Shown here in pieces: positions 1 to 8,969 of a DNA stretch of 57,309 nt. Position 1 is the first letter of the stretch. The number at the start of each line of letters is the position of its first letter. Both the position numbers and the translations under genes were made by a program. The DNA comes from Candidatus Nomurabacteria bacterium (lineage in GTDB: Bacteria > Patescibacteriota > Minisyncoccia > Phycocordibacterales > UBA9973): the NCBI GenBank assembly GCA_943359365.1, contig CALRHG010000002.1, forward strand, positions 1-57,309. The letters are read 5' to 3'. The notes under the pieces were generated by a model that saw nothing but the letters and a program-made list of their open reading frames with translations, was not told where the DNA came from and did no database searches.

Positions 1-1
1 T

Positions 2-310
2 CCCGAGACGTGCAAAAACTTTTCCGAAATAATCAAAAATTCCAAAACTGTTTTCTTGGGCGGGCCGATGGGCAAGTTTGAAGATAAAAGATTTACTAAA
101 GGTTCGGAAGCGATACTCGCCGCGATGAAAAACAACAAAGAGAATAAGAGGGATACGATTATTGCCGGGGGAGACACGATAGATGTCGCCCGTAAATATG
201 CAAATTTAGAAGACTATTCCCATGTTAGTCTAGCCGGCGGGGCAACTCTGGAATTTCTAGCCGGCAAAGAGCTCCCAGCCCTTCTGCCGCTTATTGAATC
301 GAAGAAATAA
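2..310 (+). CDS. pgk: phosphoglycerate kinase, C-terminal part (5' end outside window)
   Basis: Frame is open from the window edge (..KTVFLGGPMGKFE..). GGPMG.FE, IAGGDT and LAGGATLEFLAGKELP match conserved PGK C-terminal motifs. Confidence 0.85.
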   Translation, partial: PETCKNFSEIIKNSKTVFLGGPMGKFEDKRFTKGSEAILAAMKNNKENKRDTIIAGGDTIDVARKYANLEDYSHVSLAGGATLEFLAGKELPALLPLIESKK

Positions 311-647
311 TTTTTTCGGCGTTTCCTTTTAAATCTTTTTCATCACCAACAATTTCTGGCCACACCCATATATGAGCATGAGGTATTTCTTCGCCATAAA
401 TTTGAGAGCGAACGATGTCTGCGTTGAACGCTTTCTTTTGAGCTAAAGCTATTTTTTTTGCAACTTCAAAAAATTCTCCGATATTTGGCACATCCCAAAC
501 CCATCTGTAGTGTGTTTTTGGTATTATTTGAGTATGACCTCTGGCTAAAGGTCTGATATCTAAAAAAGCTAGAAAATTTTTATCTTCGTATACTATATTA
601 GCTGGAATTTCTTTATTAATTATTTTGCAAAAAATGCAATTTTCCAT
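291..647 (-). CDS. HIT (histidine triad) family protein
   Basis: 118 aa with a CIFCKI N-terminus and histidine triad HAHIWVWP. Convergent with pgk, 20-nt 3' overlap. Confidence 0.85.
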   Translation of the reverse strand: MENCIFCKIINKEIPANIVYEDKNFLAFLDIRPLARGHTQIIPKTHYRWVWDVPNIGEFFEVAKKIALAQKKAFNADIVRSQIYGEEIPHAHIWVWPEIVGDEKDLKGNAEKIISSIQ

Positions 648-666
648 AAGAATATTCTAACAAATT

Positions 667-2340
667 ATGCTAAGATTGGCTATGCAAAAATTTTCAGAAC
701 TCCTCCGAAATCTTCTAGAAAAGAGAGGAATCACCGATGAAGCGCAGGCGGATATTTTTTTGAGCCCGGATTACAAGCGGGATTTGCATGATCCTTTTTT
801 GATGCGCGATATGGAAAAAGCCTGTGTCCGGCTCTATGAAGCGGTAGAGGCCAGCCAAAAAATAGTTATTTACGCGGACTATGACTGCGACGGCATTCCG
901 GGCGCGGTGATTTTAAACGACCTGTTCGCGCTGATAAATTACAAAAATTATGAAGTGTATATTCCGCAGAGAAACAGCGAGGGTTACGGGCTCAATCTCG
1001 AAGCCATCAAAGGCTTCGCCAAGTCGGGGGTCAAGCTTTTGATTACTGTAGACTTAGGCATCACGGCCGTGACAGAAGTTGCGCAAGCAGAAGTGAACGG
1101 CATTGATGTGATAATTACTGACCACCATCTTCCGCCGGAAGTTTTGCCTAGAGCTTATGCAATTTTGAATCCAAAGACGGATGAATATCCGGAGAAAATG
1201 CTCTGCGGGGCGGGAGTTGCTTTTAAATTTGTGCAGGGATTTTTAAAAAAATACAACGAATATTTCAAAGTTAAAGAAGGTGCGGAGAAATGGATGCTAG
1301 ATATGGCAGGTTTGGCGACGCTTTCGGACATGGTTCCGCTCACGGGAGAGAATCGGGCGATTGCCTGCTTTGGAATGAAGGTTCTCCGGAAATCTCCTCG
1401 TCCTGGATTGCAAAAACTTCTGGCGAAAATGAATATTGACCAGAGATATTTATCACCGGACGATATAGGTTTCATGGTCACACCCAGATTGAACGCCGCT
1501 TCCAGAATGGACAACCCGATGAGGGCTTTTGAGTTGCTGGCGACTGAGGATGAAGTGCAGGGAGGAGTTCTCGCGGACCATTTGACTAAAATAAATGATG
1601 AAAGAAAAACAATAGTTACCGGCATAATGCGCGAGGTGAATAAAAAATTCGAGAAACGCGAAGACACCGAGGTCATAGTCATTGGAAATCCGGCTTGGCG
1701 AGTCGGAATTCTCGGGCTGGTGGCCGGAAAAATTTGCGATCTACACAAGAAGCCCGTTTTTGTCTGGGGCAAGGATGAAAACGAATGTATCAAGGGCTCT
1801 TGCCGCAGCGACGGCTCGGTTTCTGTAGTCGAGCTTATGCGAGAAACGAGCGAATCTTTCTTGGAATTCGGCGGGCATGAGCTGGCTGGCGGTTTCACCG
1901 TGCATACTGATAAGATTCATTTCTTAGAAGAGGCGCTGTCTAAGAATTTTAAAAAAGTAAAACGAGAGAAGGCCGATAGCGTGGCCAATCACGATATGAA
2001 ATTAATTCTAGAAAATATTCATATGAAAAACTGGCGTGAATTAGAAAAACTCGAACCTTTTGGTTTTGGAAATCCAAAGCCTGTTTTTCTTTTTGAAAAT
2101 GTGAAGATAGACAATATCAAAAAGTTTGGTAAGAACGGCTCAGGAGAACATTTGGAAATTGTTTTTTCCGATGCGAGCGATAGATATAAAAAAGCAAAAG
2201 CGGTTTCTTTTTTCTCCGGCATTGATTCATTTAAAAACACTTTGAGAGAGGGGCTGAATGTAAATCTGCTTGCCACTTTCGACTTGTCTAGATTTAGGGG
2301 CAGAGAAGAGTTAAGATTAAGAATCGAGGATATTATATGA
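667..2340 (+). CDS. recJ: single-stranded-DNA-specific exonuclease RecJ
   Basis: 557 aa with DHH-family motifs DYDCDGI, DLGIT, ITDHH and GGHELAGG (DHHA1-type). Confidence 0.85.
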   Translation: MLRLAMQKFSELLRNLLEKRGITDEAQADIFLSPDYKRDLHDPFLMRDMEKACVRLYEAVEASQKIVIYADYDCDGIPGAVILNDLFALINYKNYEVYIPQRNSEGYGLNLEAIKGFAKSGVKLLITVDLGITAVTEVAQAEVNGIDVIITDHHLPPEVLPRAYAILNPKTDEYPEKMLCGAGVAFKFVQGFLKKYNEYFKVKEGAEKWMLDMAGLATLSDMVPLTGENRAIACFGMKVLRKSPRPGLQKLLAKMNIDQRYLSPDDIGFMVTPRLNAASRMDNPMRAFELLATEDEVQGGVLADHLTKINDERKTIVTGIMREVNKKFEKREDTEVIVIGNPAWRVGILGLVAGKICDLHKKPVFVWGKDENECIKGSCRSDGSVSVVELMRETSESFLEFGGHELAGGFTVHTDKIHFLEEALSKNFKKVKREKADSVANHDMKLILENIHMKNWRELEKLEPFGFGNPKPVFLFENVKIDNIKKFGKNGSGEHLEIVFSDASDRYKKAKAVSFFSGIDSFKNTLREGLNVNLLATFDLSRFRGREELRLRIEDII

Positions 2341-2804
2341 AAGATAAAATTATAATTTACACAGACGGAGCGGCAAAGGGGAATCCAGGCAAGGCCGGCT
2401 GGGGCGCTGTTTTCTTGATGGGGAATAAAGTTTTTGAAATTGGCGGAAGTGCAAACCATGCAACAAACAATCAGATGGAACTGACTGCGCCGATAGAAGC
2501 TTTGAAATATATCTCCGCTAGGCAAGACCTAGCGGAGAGTGCAATAGAGATTGTTTCTGATTCAAAATATGTGATACTGGGTATCACCGAATGGATTTTC
2601 AATTGGCAGAAAAATAATTGGCGCAATGCTGCTAAGAAGCCAGTTTTGAACAAAGAACTTTGGGAAGAACTGTATAAGCTAGCGCAAGAACTCAAACCCA
2701 AATGGACTTACGTAAAAGGGCACAACGAAGACAAATACAATGACAGGGCGGACTTAATAGCTACCAGCTTCGCCGAAGGCTCGCCTGTAGAACTTAAAAA
2801 GTAA
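2337..2804 (+). CDS. rnhA: ribonuclease HI
   Basis: 155 aa with YTDGA..GNPG, NNQMEL, SDSKYV and VKGH..NDRADLIA. ATGA start/stop overlap with recJ. Confidence 0.85.
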   Translation: MKDKIIIYTDGAAKGNPGKAGWGAVFLMGNKVFEIGGSANHATNNQMELTAPIEALKYISARQDLAESAIEIVSDSKYVILGITEWIFNWQKNNWRNAAKKPVLNKELWEELYKLAQELKPKWTYVKGHNEDKYNDRADLIATSFAEGSPVELKK

Positions 2805-2845
2805 ATGCGCATTGTTTAATACTCTAGTGATGATATAATTTACAG

Positions 2846-3637
2846 ATGGTCAATCAGCAATTATTGGATTATGTAAAGCAGCAGTTAAAAAATAATGTCA
2901 GCCGAGAACAAATCAAAAGTTCTCTCATGGAGAACGGCTGGGATAACGCCGATGTGGAAGAAGGCTTTGCTGTTTTGTCGCCTGCACCTGCTCCCAAACC
3001 TTCCGCCGTTCCACAGTCTCCAAGACCCGCTTACTCGTCTCCGTCTCTAAATCCGACTATTCAGCCAGTATCCAGCTTTACGAATCCTCAAAGGGTACAG
3101 CCGACTTTTATTGCCAAGGAGAAATCTCCCGCATGGAAAAAAATTTTTCTTTTCTTGATTATACTTGCCGTTTTAGCCGGAGCAGGCTGGGGAGCTTACA
3201 TTTATTTTAATAAACCAAAAACGGAAAATAAAGCAGAAACCTCGCCTCTTAGCAAGGAAGGAAGTCAAAATGTTACTCCAGTTACTCCTCCGGCAAATCC
3301 AGCTTCCAATCCGGATGTTGTCAAAGTAGAAGCTATTCTTAGCGGAGATATGCGTGAAGGGTATCTTACCGCCAACAAAGCCCTTATCATAAAACATGCA
3401 TCTGTAAAAACTGCCGCTTTCCTGGCTTCAGCCAAACTTCCGCGCGCCAGCTCGTTTACTGTAAATAAGATTTCCAAATCAGGTTTGAATATTTTGGCCA
3501 ATTTCACGGCAGTAACTGCGGGAAAAACAGAGGTTCAAGACATGGTTTTTATTCGAGAGGGCGGGGACTGGAAGTTTGATCTTGAAGCAACTATGTTATA
3601 TTTGATGGAAAAAGAAAATGCTGAAACCGGTAATTAA
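2846..3637 (+). CDS. hypothetical membrane-anchored protein (N-terminal ~40-aa module, Pro/Ser linker, one TM helix, extracytoplasmic domain)
   Basis: 263-aa ORF with TM helix IFLFLIILAVLAGAGWGAYIYF. Its N-terminal module is paralogous to that of ORF 10212. Confidence 0.6.
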   Translation: MVNQQLLDYVKQQLKNNVSREQIKSSLMENGWDNADVEEGFAVLSPAPAPKPSAVPQSPRPAYSSPSLNPTIQPVSSFTNPQRVQPTFIAKEKSPAWKKIFLFLIILAVLAGAGWGAYIYFNKPKTENKAETSPLSKEGSQNVTPVTPPANPASNPDVVKVEAILSGDMREGYLTANKALIIKHASVKTAAFLASAKLPRASSFTVNKISKSGLNILANFTAVTAGKTEVQDMVFIREGGDWKFDLEATMLYLMEKENAETGN

Positions 3638-3665
3638 ATAGTAAGTTTTTAATAATTTCGTCCAC

Positions 3666-5165
3666 ATGCGGGACAGAATTTTTCACTCAATTTGTTTCGG
3701 TTTTATATTTGGAGTCCTTTTGCGGTCTTTTTTGTCTGCGGATTTCTATTTAGTTGTTTTGTTTGGCGTAATTGCTTTTAGTTTGTTTTTATTTTTTAGT
3801 TTAGTTTCAAAAAATAATTGGGGAATTATATCTTCTATTTTTATATTCGCATTTTGTCTGGGAATTTTTAGATTTCATGCAGTAGATACTCCGGCGCCTA
3901 GTATCTATGAATCACAAGTTGGCCGAGAAGTATCTATGACAGGTGTTATTGCAGACGCACCGGATATAAGAGAAAATAATCAAAAGTTAACTGTCGAGAT
4001 AAGGACCGTCCTTAAAATACGACCTAAAATACTCATTTCCACGGAGTTCGGCGAAGATTATAAATACGGCGATGAGATAAATTTTGAGGGTAAATTAGAA
4101 AAGCCGGAGAATTTCATTACTGATCAAGGTAAAGAATTTGATTACATAAATTACTTACGCAAAGATGGGATTTTTTATGTGATGAGTTATCCGAGTATTG
4201 AAATAGTTTCTAGGGGGAATGGTAATTTTATCAGAAGCGCGCTGTTTGATATCAAAGAAAAGTTTTTAGAGAAAATGAATCTAGCGGTGCAAAGTCCCGA
4301 ATCGCTCCTTATGGGCGGTCTTATTTTGGGGGAGAAGGCAGCTTTTAGCGACGAATTGCGGCAAAGCTTCATAAATACCGGCACGATACATATAGTCGCT
4401 CTCTCCGGATACAATATCACGATTATTGCGGAGTGGATTATGAAATTATTTTCCAAGGTGCCTTATGTGCCCTTAAATTTTGGCATAGGCGCGGGTATTT
4501 TTACGATTCTGCTTTTCATTTTGATGACCGGCGCGAGCTCGACGGCAATTCGGGCGGGAGTGATGGCGACTTTGGCACTCATAGCCCGCGCGACAGGTAG
4601 AAATTACGATGTCACGCGAGCGCTTCTCCTTGCCGGAGTGTTTATGATCTTACTAAATCCATTTGTCCTTGCTTTTGATGTTTCATTCCAGCTTTCTTTC
4701 ATTGCCACTATCGCCCTAATATTTTTTACTCCGAAAATTGAAAAATATTTTCTGTGGGTCACACCTCACTTCAAACTGCGGGACATAGTTTCCGTCACCT
4801 GCGCGGTCTATATTTTCGTTTTGCCGTTTATTCTCTACAAAATGGGCAATCTCTCCATCGTCGCCTTGCCGGCGAACATTTTAATTCTGCCTCTGATTCC
4901 ATTTACGATGCTTCTAGGTTTTCTGACCGGCTTTATCGGACTAATTTCCTACATTTTAGCCGCACCCCTAGGCTTTATCTCATATTTATTTCTCCACTAC
5001 GAACTCGCAGTAATAAATTTCTTCGCCAATCTGCCCTTTGCTGCATTTTCCATCCCGAATTTTTCTCTCATTCTGACACTTTTAATCTATGTCTATTTTA
5101 TATATAAGCTTTTCGGCAGAAGTATCAAAAAATTCTTCATTGACAATGCGGGTGATGCCTGCTAG
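3666..5165 (+). CDS. comEC: ComEC/Rec2 DNA-uptake channel, DUF4131 + competence domains only (no beta-lactamase domain)
   Basis: 499-aa polytopic membrane protein with an N-terminal TM hairpin. Competence-domain-like stretches GGLILGEK, IHIVALSGYNITII and TGASSTAIRAGVMA. Confidence 0.75.
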   Translation: MRDRIFHSICFGFIFGVLLRSFLSADFYLVVLFGVIAFSLFLFFSLVSKNNWGIISSIFIFAFCLGIFRFHAVDTPAPSIYESQVGREVSMTGVIADAPDIRENNQKLTVEIRTVLKIRPKILISTEFGEDYKYGDEINFEGKLEKPENFITDQGKEFDYINYLRKDGIFYVMSYPSIEIVSRGNGNFIRSALFDIKEKFLEKMNLAVQSPESLLMGGLILGEKAAFSDELRQSFINTGTIHIVALSGYNITIIAEWIMKLFSKVPYVPLNFGIGAGIFTILLFILMTGASSTAIRAGVMATLALIARATGRNYDVTRALLLAGVFMILLNPFVLAFDVSFQLSFIATIALIFFTPKIEKYFLWVTPHFKLRDIVSVTCAVYIFVLPFILYKMGNLSIVALPANILILPLIPFTMLLGFLTGFIGLISYILAAPLGFISYLFLHYELAVINFFANLPFAAFSIPNFSLILTLLIYVYFIYKLFGRSIKKFFIDNAGDAC

Positions 5166-5309
5166 AAAGATGTTAAATGGAAGGTTCCAAACTACACATT
5201 TCCGGCTGTTCCGGAAGTGGGCGAGACCGATTGTCTAGCCAAGTTTCGGGATCATTTTTAATGATCTTTGAAATGATGTAGTTAGTAAAAAATAAACACG
5301 ATTAAAAAA

Positions 5310-6140
5310 ATGAAACTCAAAGGAAGAATTAATCACTCCGCTGTTTTCTGGTGCTTCAACGTCTCCGAGGAAAAGTGGGACATCGAAAAGACGTGCCTGA
5401 ATGCGAAGAGACTCGGTTGCAAGTCGGTCGAAATCTGCGGCCCCGCGGAGTTTGACACGATCAAGAAGCACGGTCTGACATGTGCAATCGCGGCCAATGG
5501 GATGCCCGGTGCGCCATTCATGAAGGGACTGAACAATCTAGCCTATCAACCTGAGGTCATTGCCGTTACGACCAAGATGATTGACGACTGCGCCGCAGCG
5601 AACGTCCCCAGCGTGATTGCCTTCACTGGCTACAAATGGAGGAACGCCGAAAATGCGAACAGTGGTGAGATCTCTCTTGAGAAGGGAGCTGACAACTGCG
5701 TCGCAGGACTCAAGAAGATGGCCATTCATGCCGAGAAGAAGGGTGTTACGATCTGCCTCGAGCAGCTCAATACACGCGACAGTTCGCATCCGATGAAGGG
5801 ACATCCCGGTTATCAGGGAGATGACATCGACTATGTGGCGCACATTGTCCGTCGGGTCGGCTCCCCACGCGTCAAGTTGTTGTTCGACATCTACCACGTG
5901 CAGATCATGAACGGTGATGTGATTCGCCGTCTTGAAGAATGCAAGGATGTGATCGGTCACATCCACACGGCGGGTAATCCTGGACGAGCGGAACTCGACG
6001 ACAACCAGGAGATCAACTATCCACCCATCATGCGGAAGCTGGTCGAGATTGGGTACACGGGTTTCGTCGGTCACGAGTTTATTCCAACACGTGATGCTCT
6101 CACCGGACTTCGCCAAGCCGTCCAGCTTTGCGACGTTTAA
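5310..6140 (+). CDS. xylose-isomerase-like TIM-barrel protein, hydroxypyruvate-isomerase-like
   Basis: 276 aa. N-terminus KGRINHSAVFWCF, then ICLEQLN, FDIYHVQIM, GHIHTAG and GFVGHEF, typical of the Hyi/sugar-phosphate isomerase-epimerase fold. Conspicuously GC-rich codon usage. Confidence 0.7.
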   Translation: MKLKGRINHSAVFWCFNVSEEKWDIEKTCLNAKRLGCKSVEICGPAEFDTIKKHGLTCAIAANGMPGAPFMKGLNNLAYQPEVIAVTTKMIDDCAAANVPSVIAFTGYKWRNAENANSGEISLEKGADNCVAGLKKMAIHAEKKGVTICLEQLNTRDSSHPMKGHPGYQGDDIDYVAHIVRRVGSPRVKLLFDIYHVQIMNGDVIRRLEECKDVIGHIHTAGNPGRAELDDNQEINYPPIMRKLVEIGYTGFVGHEFIPTRDALTGLRQAVQLCDV

Positions 6141-6182
6141 GGCGCATAACATCCTAAATTTTTAAGGAATATCGAAATCAAA

Positions 6183-6216
6183 CACCCTGGGTAGAAATAC
6201 TCAGGGTGCCTTTTTT
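6183..6216. terminator. bidirectional intrinsic terminator between the hyi-like gene and sod
   Basis: CACCCTG (6183-6189) pairs with CAGGGTG (6202-6208). A T6 tract follows on + and an A-rich run precedes it. Confidence 0.6.
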
Positions 6217-6808
6217 ATTTTGCTTTAACAAAATTATTTTCAATAACTTCCCAATTCAAATTCTCAAAAAAAGCTTCCACATATTTTTTCTTTTCCGAAG
6301 TAGGGAAGTCGTAGACGAATGCGTGTTCCCACATATCGATTCCCAGTATCCATTCCACGCCGTTCAGTTGCCCCAAGTGCTGTTCGTCTATCCATATGTG
6401 CAAAAATTGCTCTGTCTTTTTGTCGTAGCCTAAAACCGCCCAACCCACGCCGCGAGTCATCGCTAAAAGCTTAAAGCCAGTCAGCCATGCGTCAAAAGAA
6501 GGCGCTTGCGCTTCTATCGCCGCTTTTAATTTTGAATTTGCCGGCAACTTTTTTTCTCCTCCTTCGAGCGATGAGAAATAATATTCATGATTTCGAATGC
6601 CGTTAAATTCGAAACTAAATCTTCTGCCCAATTCTCCAATCACATAAGCATTTTTCTCCGGATCCGCCATTAATTCGCCGATTTTTTCCGTTACCAGATT
6701 GGCATTTTTCACATAACCCGCATAAAGTTTCAAATGTTCCTCGATATTTTTTGCCGAGATTCCCTTCAATACTCCAATATTAAATTTTGTTTCTTCAAAT
6801 TTTTTCAT
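6215..6808 (-). CDS. Fe/Mn-family superoxide dismutase
   Basis: 197 aa with FNGIRNHEYYF and GIDMWEHAF (metal-ligand D..H motif). The N-terminal helix region is divergent. Confidence 0.75.
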   Translation of the reverse strand: MKKFEETKFNIGVLKGISAKNIEEHLKLYAGYVKNANLVTEKIGELMADPEKNAYVIGELGRRFSFEFNGIRNHEYYFSSLEGGEKKLPANSKLKAAIEAQAPSFDAWLTGFKLLAMTRGVGWAVLGYDKKTEQFLHIWIDEQHLGQLNGVEWILGIDMWEHAFVYDFPTSEKKKYVEAFFENLNWEVIENNFVKAK

Positions 6809-6822
6809 ATAATAAGTATATC

Positions 6823-7701
6823 ATGTTTCACAATCGCAAGAAGCATTTTTTACCTGCTTTTACTTTACTTCTTTTAGTCGCGACTATCTTTCTTTTCTAT
6901 CAGGATTTCAGGAATTCTAACAAAAGACTTACTTTTGCCATGCTAGATGTCGGGCAGGGGGATGCACTCTTCATCGAGTCTCCAACTGGTACGCAGATAT
7001 TGGTGGACGGCGGACCGCCGAGAAAAATTATGAGCCAGCTCGCGCGTGTAATGTCTCCTTTTGACCGAAGCATAGATGCGATTATTGTCACCAATCCAGA
7101 CCTAGACCACATCGGCGGCTTTGAAGATATTTTGAAGACATACAAAGTGGGCGCAGTTTTTGAGTCCGGCACTTTTAATGATTCAAAAACTTATCAGAAT
7201 TTAGAAGCAGAAATAAAAAATAAAAATATTCCGGATATCTTGGCAAAAAGAGGAATGAGATTACACATCGGCGGGGGAGCAGTGATTGATATTTTATTTC
7301 CGGACAGAGATGTCTCGCTTTGGTCTTCAAACGACGGTTCAATTGTGGCAAAACTTTCTTACGGCAAGACTTCCATCATGCTCACAGGCGACAGCACTTC
7401 GGTTACAGAGAAAATAATTCTAGAAAACTCCAAGCAAGATTCAAAAACAAATCTTGCAAGCACCATCTTAAAAGTCGGGCATCATGGCTCGCGGACTTCC
7501 ACCTCGAATGACTTTGTAAAATCTGTTGCTCCCAAATATGCGCTCATATCCAATAGTAAAGACAACAATTATGGCCACCCGCATCCAGACACCCTGAGTA
7601 CTCTGGCTTCTTTCGGCATAAAAATTTTCAGAACCGATTTATTAGGTACAATAATCATAAAATCCGACGGAAAAAGCGAGTTGTTTTCTTTTCAAAAGTA
7701 A
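6823..7701 (+). CDS. metallo-beta-lactamase-fold protein equivalent to the ComEC C-terminal domain, with its own TM anchor
   Basis: Start moved to ATG 6823, in frame with the track ORF at 6787 and avoiding overlap with the sod start. Motifs LDVGQGDA, NPDLDHIGG, TGDS and VGHHGS. Confidence 0.75.
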   Translation: MFHNRKKHFLPAFTLLLLVATIFLFYQDFRNSNKRLTFAMLDVGQGDALFIESPTGTQILVDGGPPRKIMSQLARVMSPFDRSIDAIIVTNPDLDHIGGFEDILKTYKVGAVFESGTFNDSKTYQNLEAEIKNKNIPDILAKRGMRLHIGGGAVIDILFPDRDVSLWSSNDGSIVAKLSYGKTSIMLTGDSTSVTEKIILENSKQDSKTNLASTILKVGHHGSRTSTSNDFVKSVAPKYALISNSKDNNYGHPHPDTLSTLASFGIKIFRTDLLGTIIIKSDGKSELFSFQK

Positions 7702-7718
7702 TCTGTTATATTATAAAT

Positions 7719-8963
7719 ATGAAAGACAAACTAGTAGAAAAATTAATAAAGGGCGAAGAAAAAAGGCAGAGGGAAGGGCTCGAGCTCATTCCATCGGAAA
7801 ACTATGTTTCCGAGGATGTGCTTACGGCGAATGGTTCCGTGTTTACCAACAAATATTCCGAAGGTTACCCTGGCCGGCGCTATTACGGCGGGCAGGATTT
7901 TACCGACCAGATCGAACGCCTTGCCATCGAACGCATTTGCAAATTATTCAACTGCAAGTTTGCCAATGTTCAGCCGCATTCCGGCGCTCCCGCAAACTTA
8001 GCCGTATATGCCGCGCTGCTTGCCCCGGGAGATACGGTTTTGGGCATGGATTTATCCCATGGCGGGCACCTCACGCACGGGCATCCGATGACCCTTCCGG
8101 CCAAGATCTACAAATTCGTCACTTACAAGATGAAAAATCCTGATACGGGAGAGATTGATTACGAGGAACTGCGCCGGGTAGCGATTGAACAAAAACCGAA
8201 AATAATTCTTGCCGGTTTCTCTGCTTATCCGAGGACGCTTGATTACAAAAAGTTCGTGGATATCGCGAAAGAGGTAGGAGCTATCACCATGGCCGACATG
8301 GCGCACATCGCCGGGCTCATCGCCGCGGGTGTTCTGCGCAATCCTTTTGATGACGGATTCGACATAATCACTTCAACCACGCACAAGACTCTCCGCGGAC
8401 CGAGAGGAGGAATAATTTTAACCAGAGAAAACGAGGAGCTCGCGAAAAAAATCGACAAATCAATTTTTCCGGGTATTCAAGGTGGTCCGCATATGCATAC
8501 TATCGCCGCGAAAGCTGTCGCTTTCGGCGAAGCCATGATGCCGAAATACAAAAAATACGCCGCGCAGGTGCTCAAAAACGCCAAAGCCATGGCGGAAGTT
8601 TTGCGAGAACATAAAGTCAGAATGATCGGCGGCGGCACGGATAACCATTTGATACTCGCCGATGTGTTCGGTTCGCTCGGAGTTACCGGTAAGGAAGCGC
8701 AGACAGTGCTCGACGAAGTCGGCATGACTTTAAATATGAATTCGATCGCAGGAGACACACGAAAACCGCTCGATCCTTCCGGCATTCGCTTCGGCACGCC
8801 GGCGATAACTACGCGAGGTTTCAAAGAGAAAGAATGCAAGCGCGTCGCCGAGCTGATGATAAAAGTTTTAAGGAATAAAGATGATAAAGAAATAAAAGAA
8901 GCAGTGCACAAAGAAATAAAAGCGCTGGCTAAAAAGTTTCCGATACCAAAAAGTTTTGTATAA
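7719..8963 (+). CDS. glyA: serine hydroxymethyltransferase
   Basis: 414 aa with ELIPSENY, YPGRRYYGG and the PLP-lysine motif TSTTHKTLRGPRGG. Confidence 0.95.
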   Translation: MKDKLVEKLIKGEEKRQREGLELIPSENYVSEDVLTANGSVFTNKYSEGYPGRRYYGGQDFTDQIERLAIERICKLFNCKFANVQPHSGAPANLAVYAALLAPGDTVLGMDLSHGGHLTHGHPMTLPAKIYKFVTYKMKNPDTGEIDYEELRRVAIEQKPKIILAGFSAYPRTLDYKKFVDIAKEVGAITMADMAHIAGLIAAGVLRNPFDDGFDIITSTTHKTLRGPRGGIILTRENEELAKKIDKSIFPGIQGGPHMHTIAAKAVAFGEAMMPKYKKYAAQVLKNAKAMAEVLREHKVRMIGGGTDNHLILADVFGSLGVTGKEAQTVLDEVGMTLNMNSIAGDTRKPLDPSGIRFGTPAITTRGFKEKECKRVAELMIKVLRNKDDKEIKEAVHKEIKALAKKFPIPKSFV

Positions 8964-8969
8964 AAAATA

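Noticed and set aside
1155-1898. Long antisense ORFs in the track. Examples are 1155-1898(-), 5538-6152(-), 15320-15943(-), 23576-24178(-), 31472-31897(+), 35242-35709(+), 37163-37627(+), 51967-52641(-) and 53786-54244(-).
   Set aside because: Each lies entirely opposite a gene with strong family motifs (recJ, hyi-like, helicase, glyQS, efp, recA, ftsK, and so on). Each translates to low-complexity, Ser/Arg/Pro-rich sequence typical of shadow frames.
5235-5471. ORF 5235-5471(-) and the sequence 5166-5309 as a gene remnant flanking the GC-rich insert.
   Set aside because: The ORF overlaps the 5' end of the well-supported hyi-like gene on the opposite strand. The upstream 140 nt gives no recognisable protein fragment by eye, so a remnant cannot be supported without a database search.
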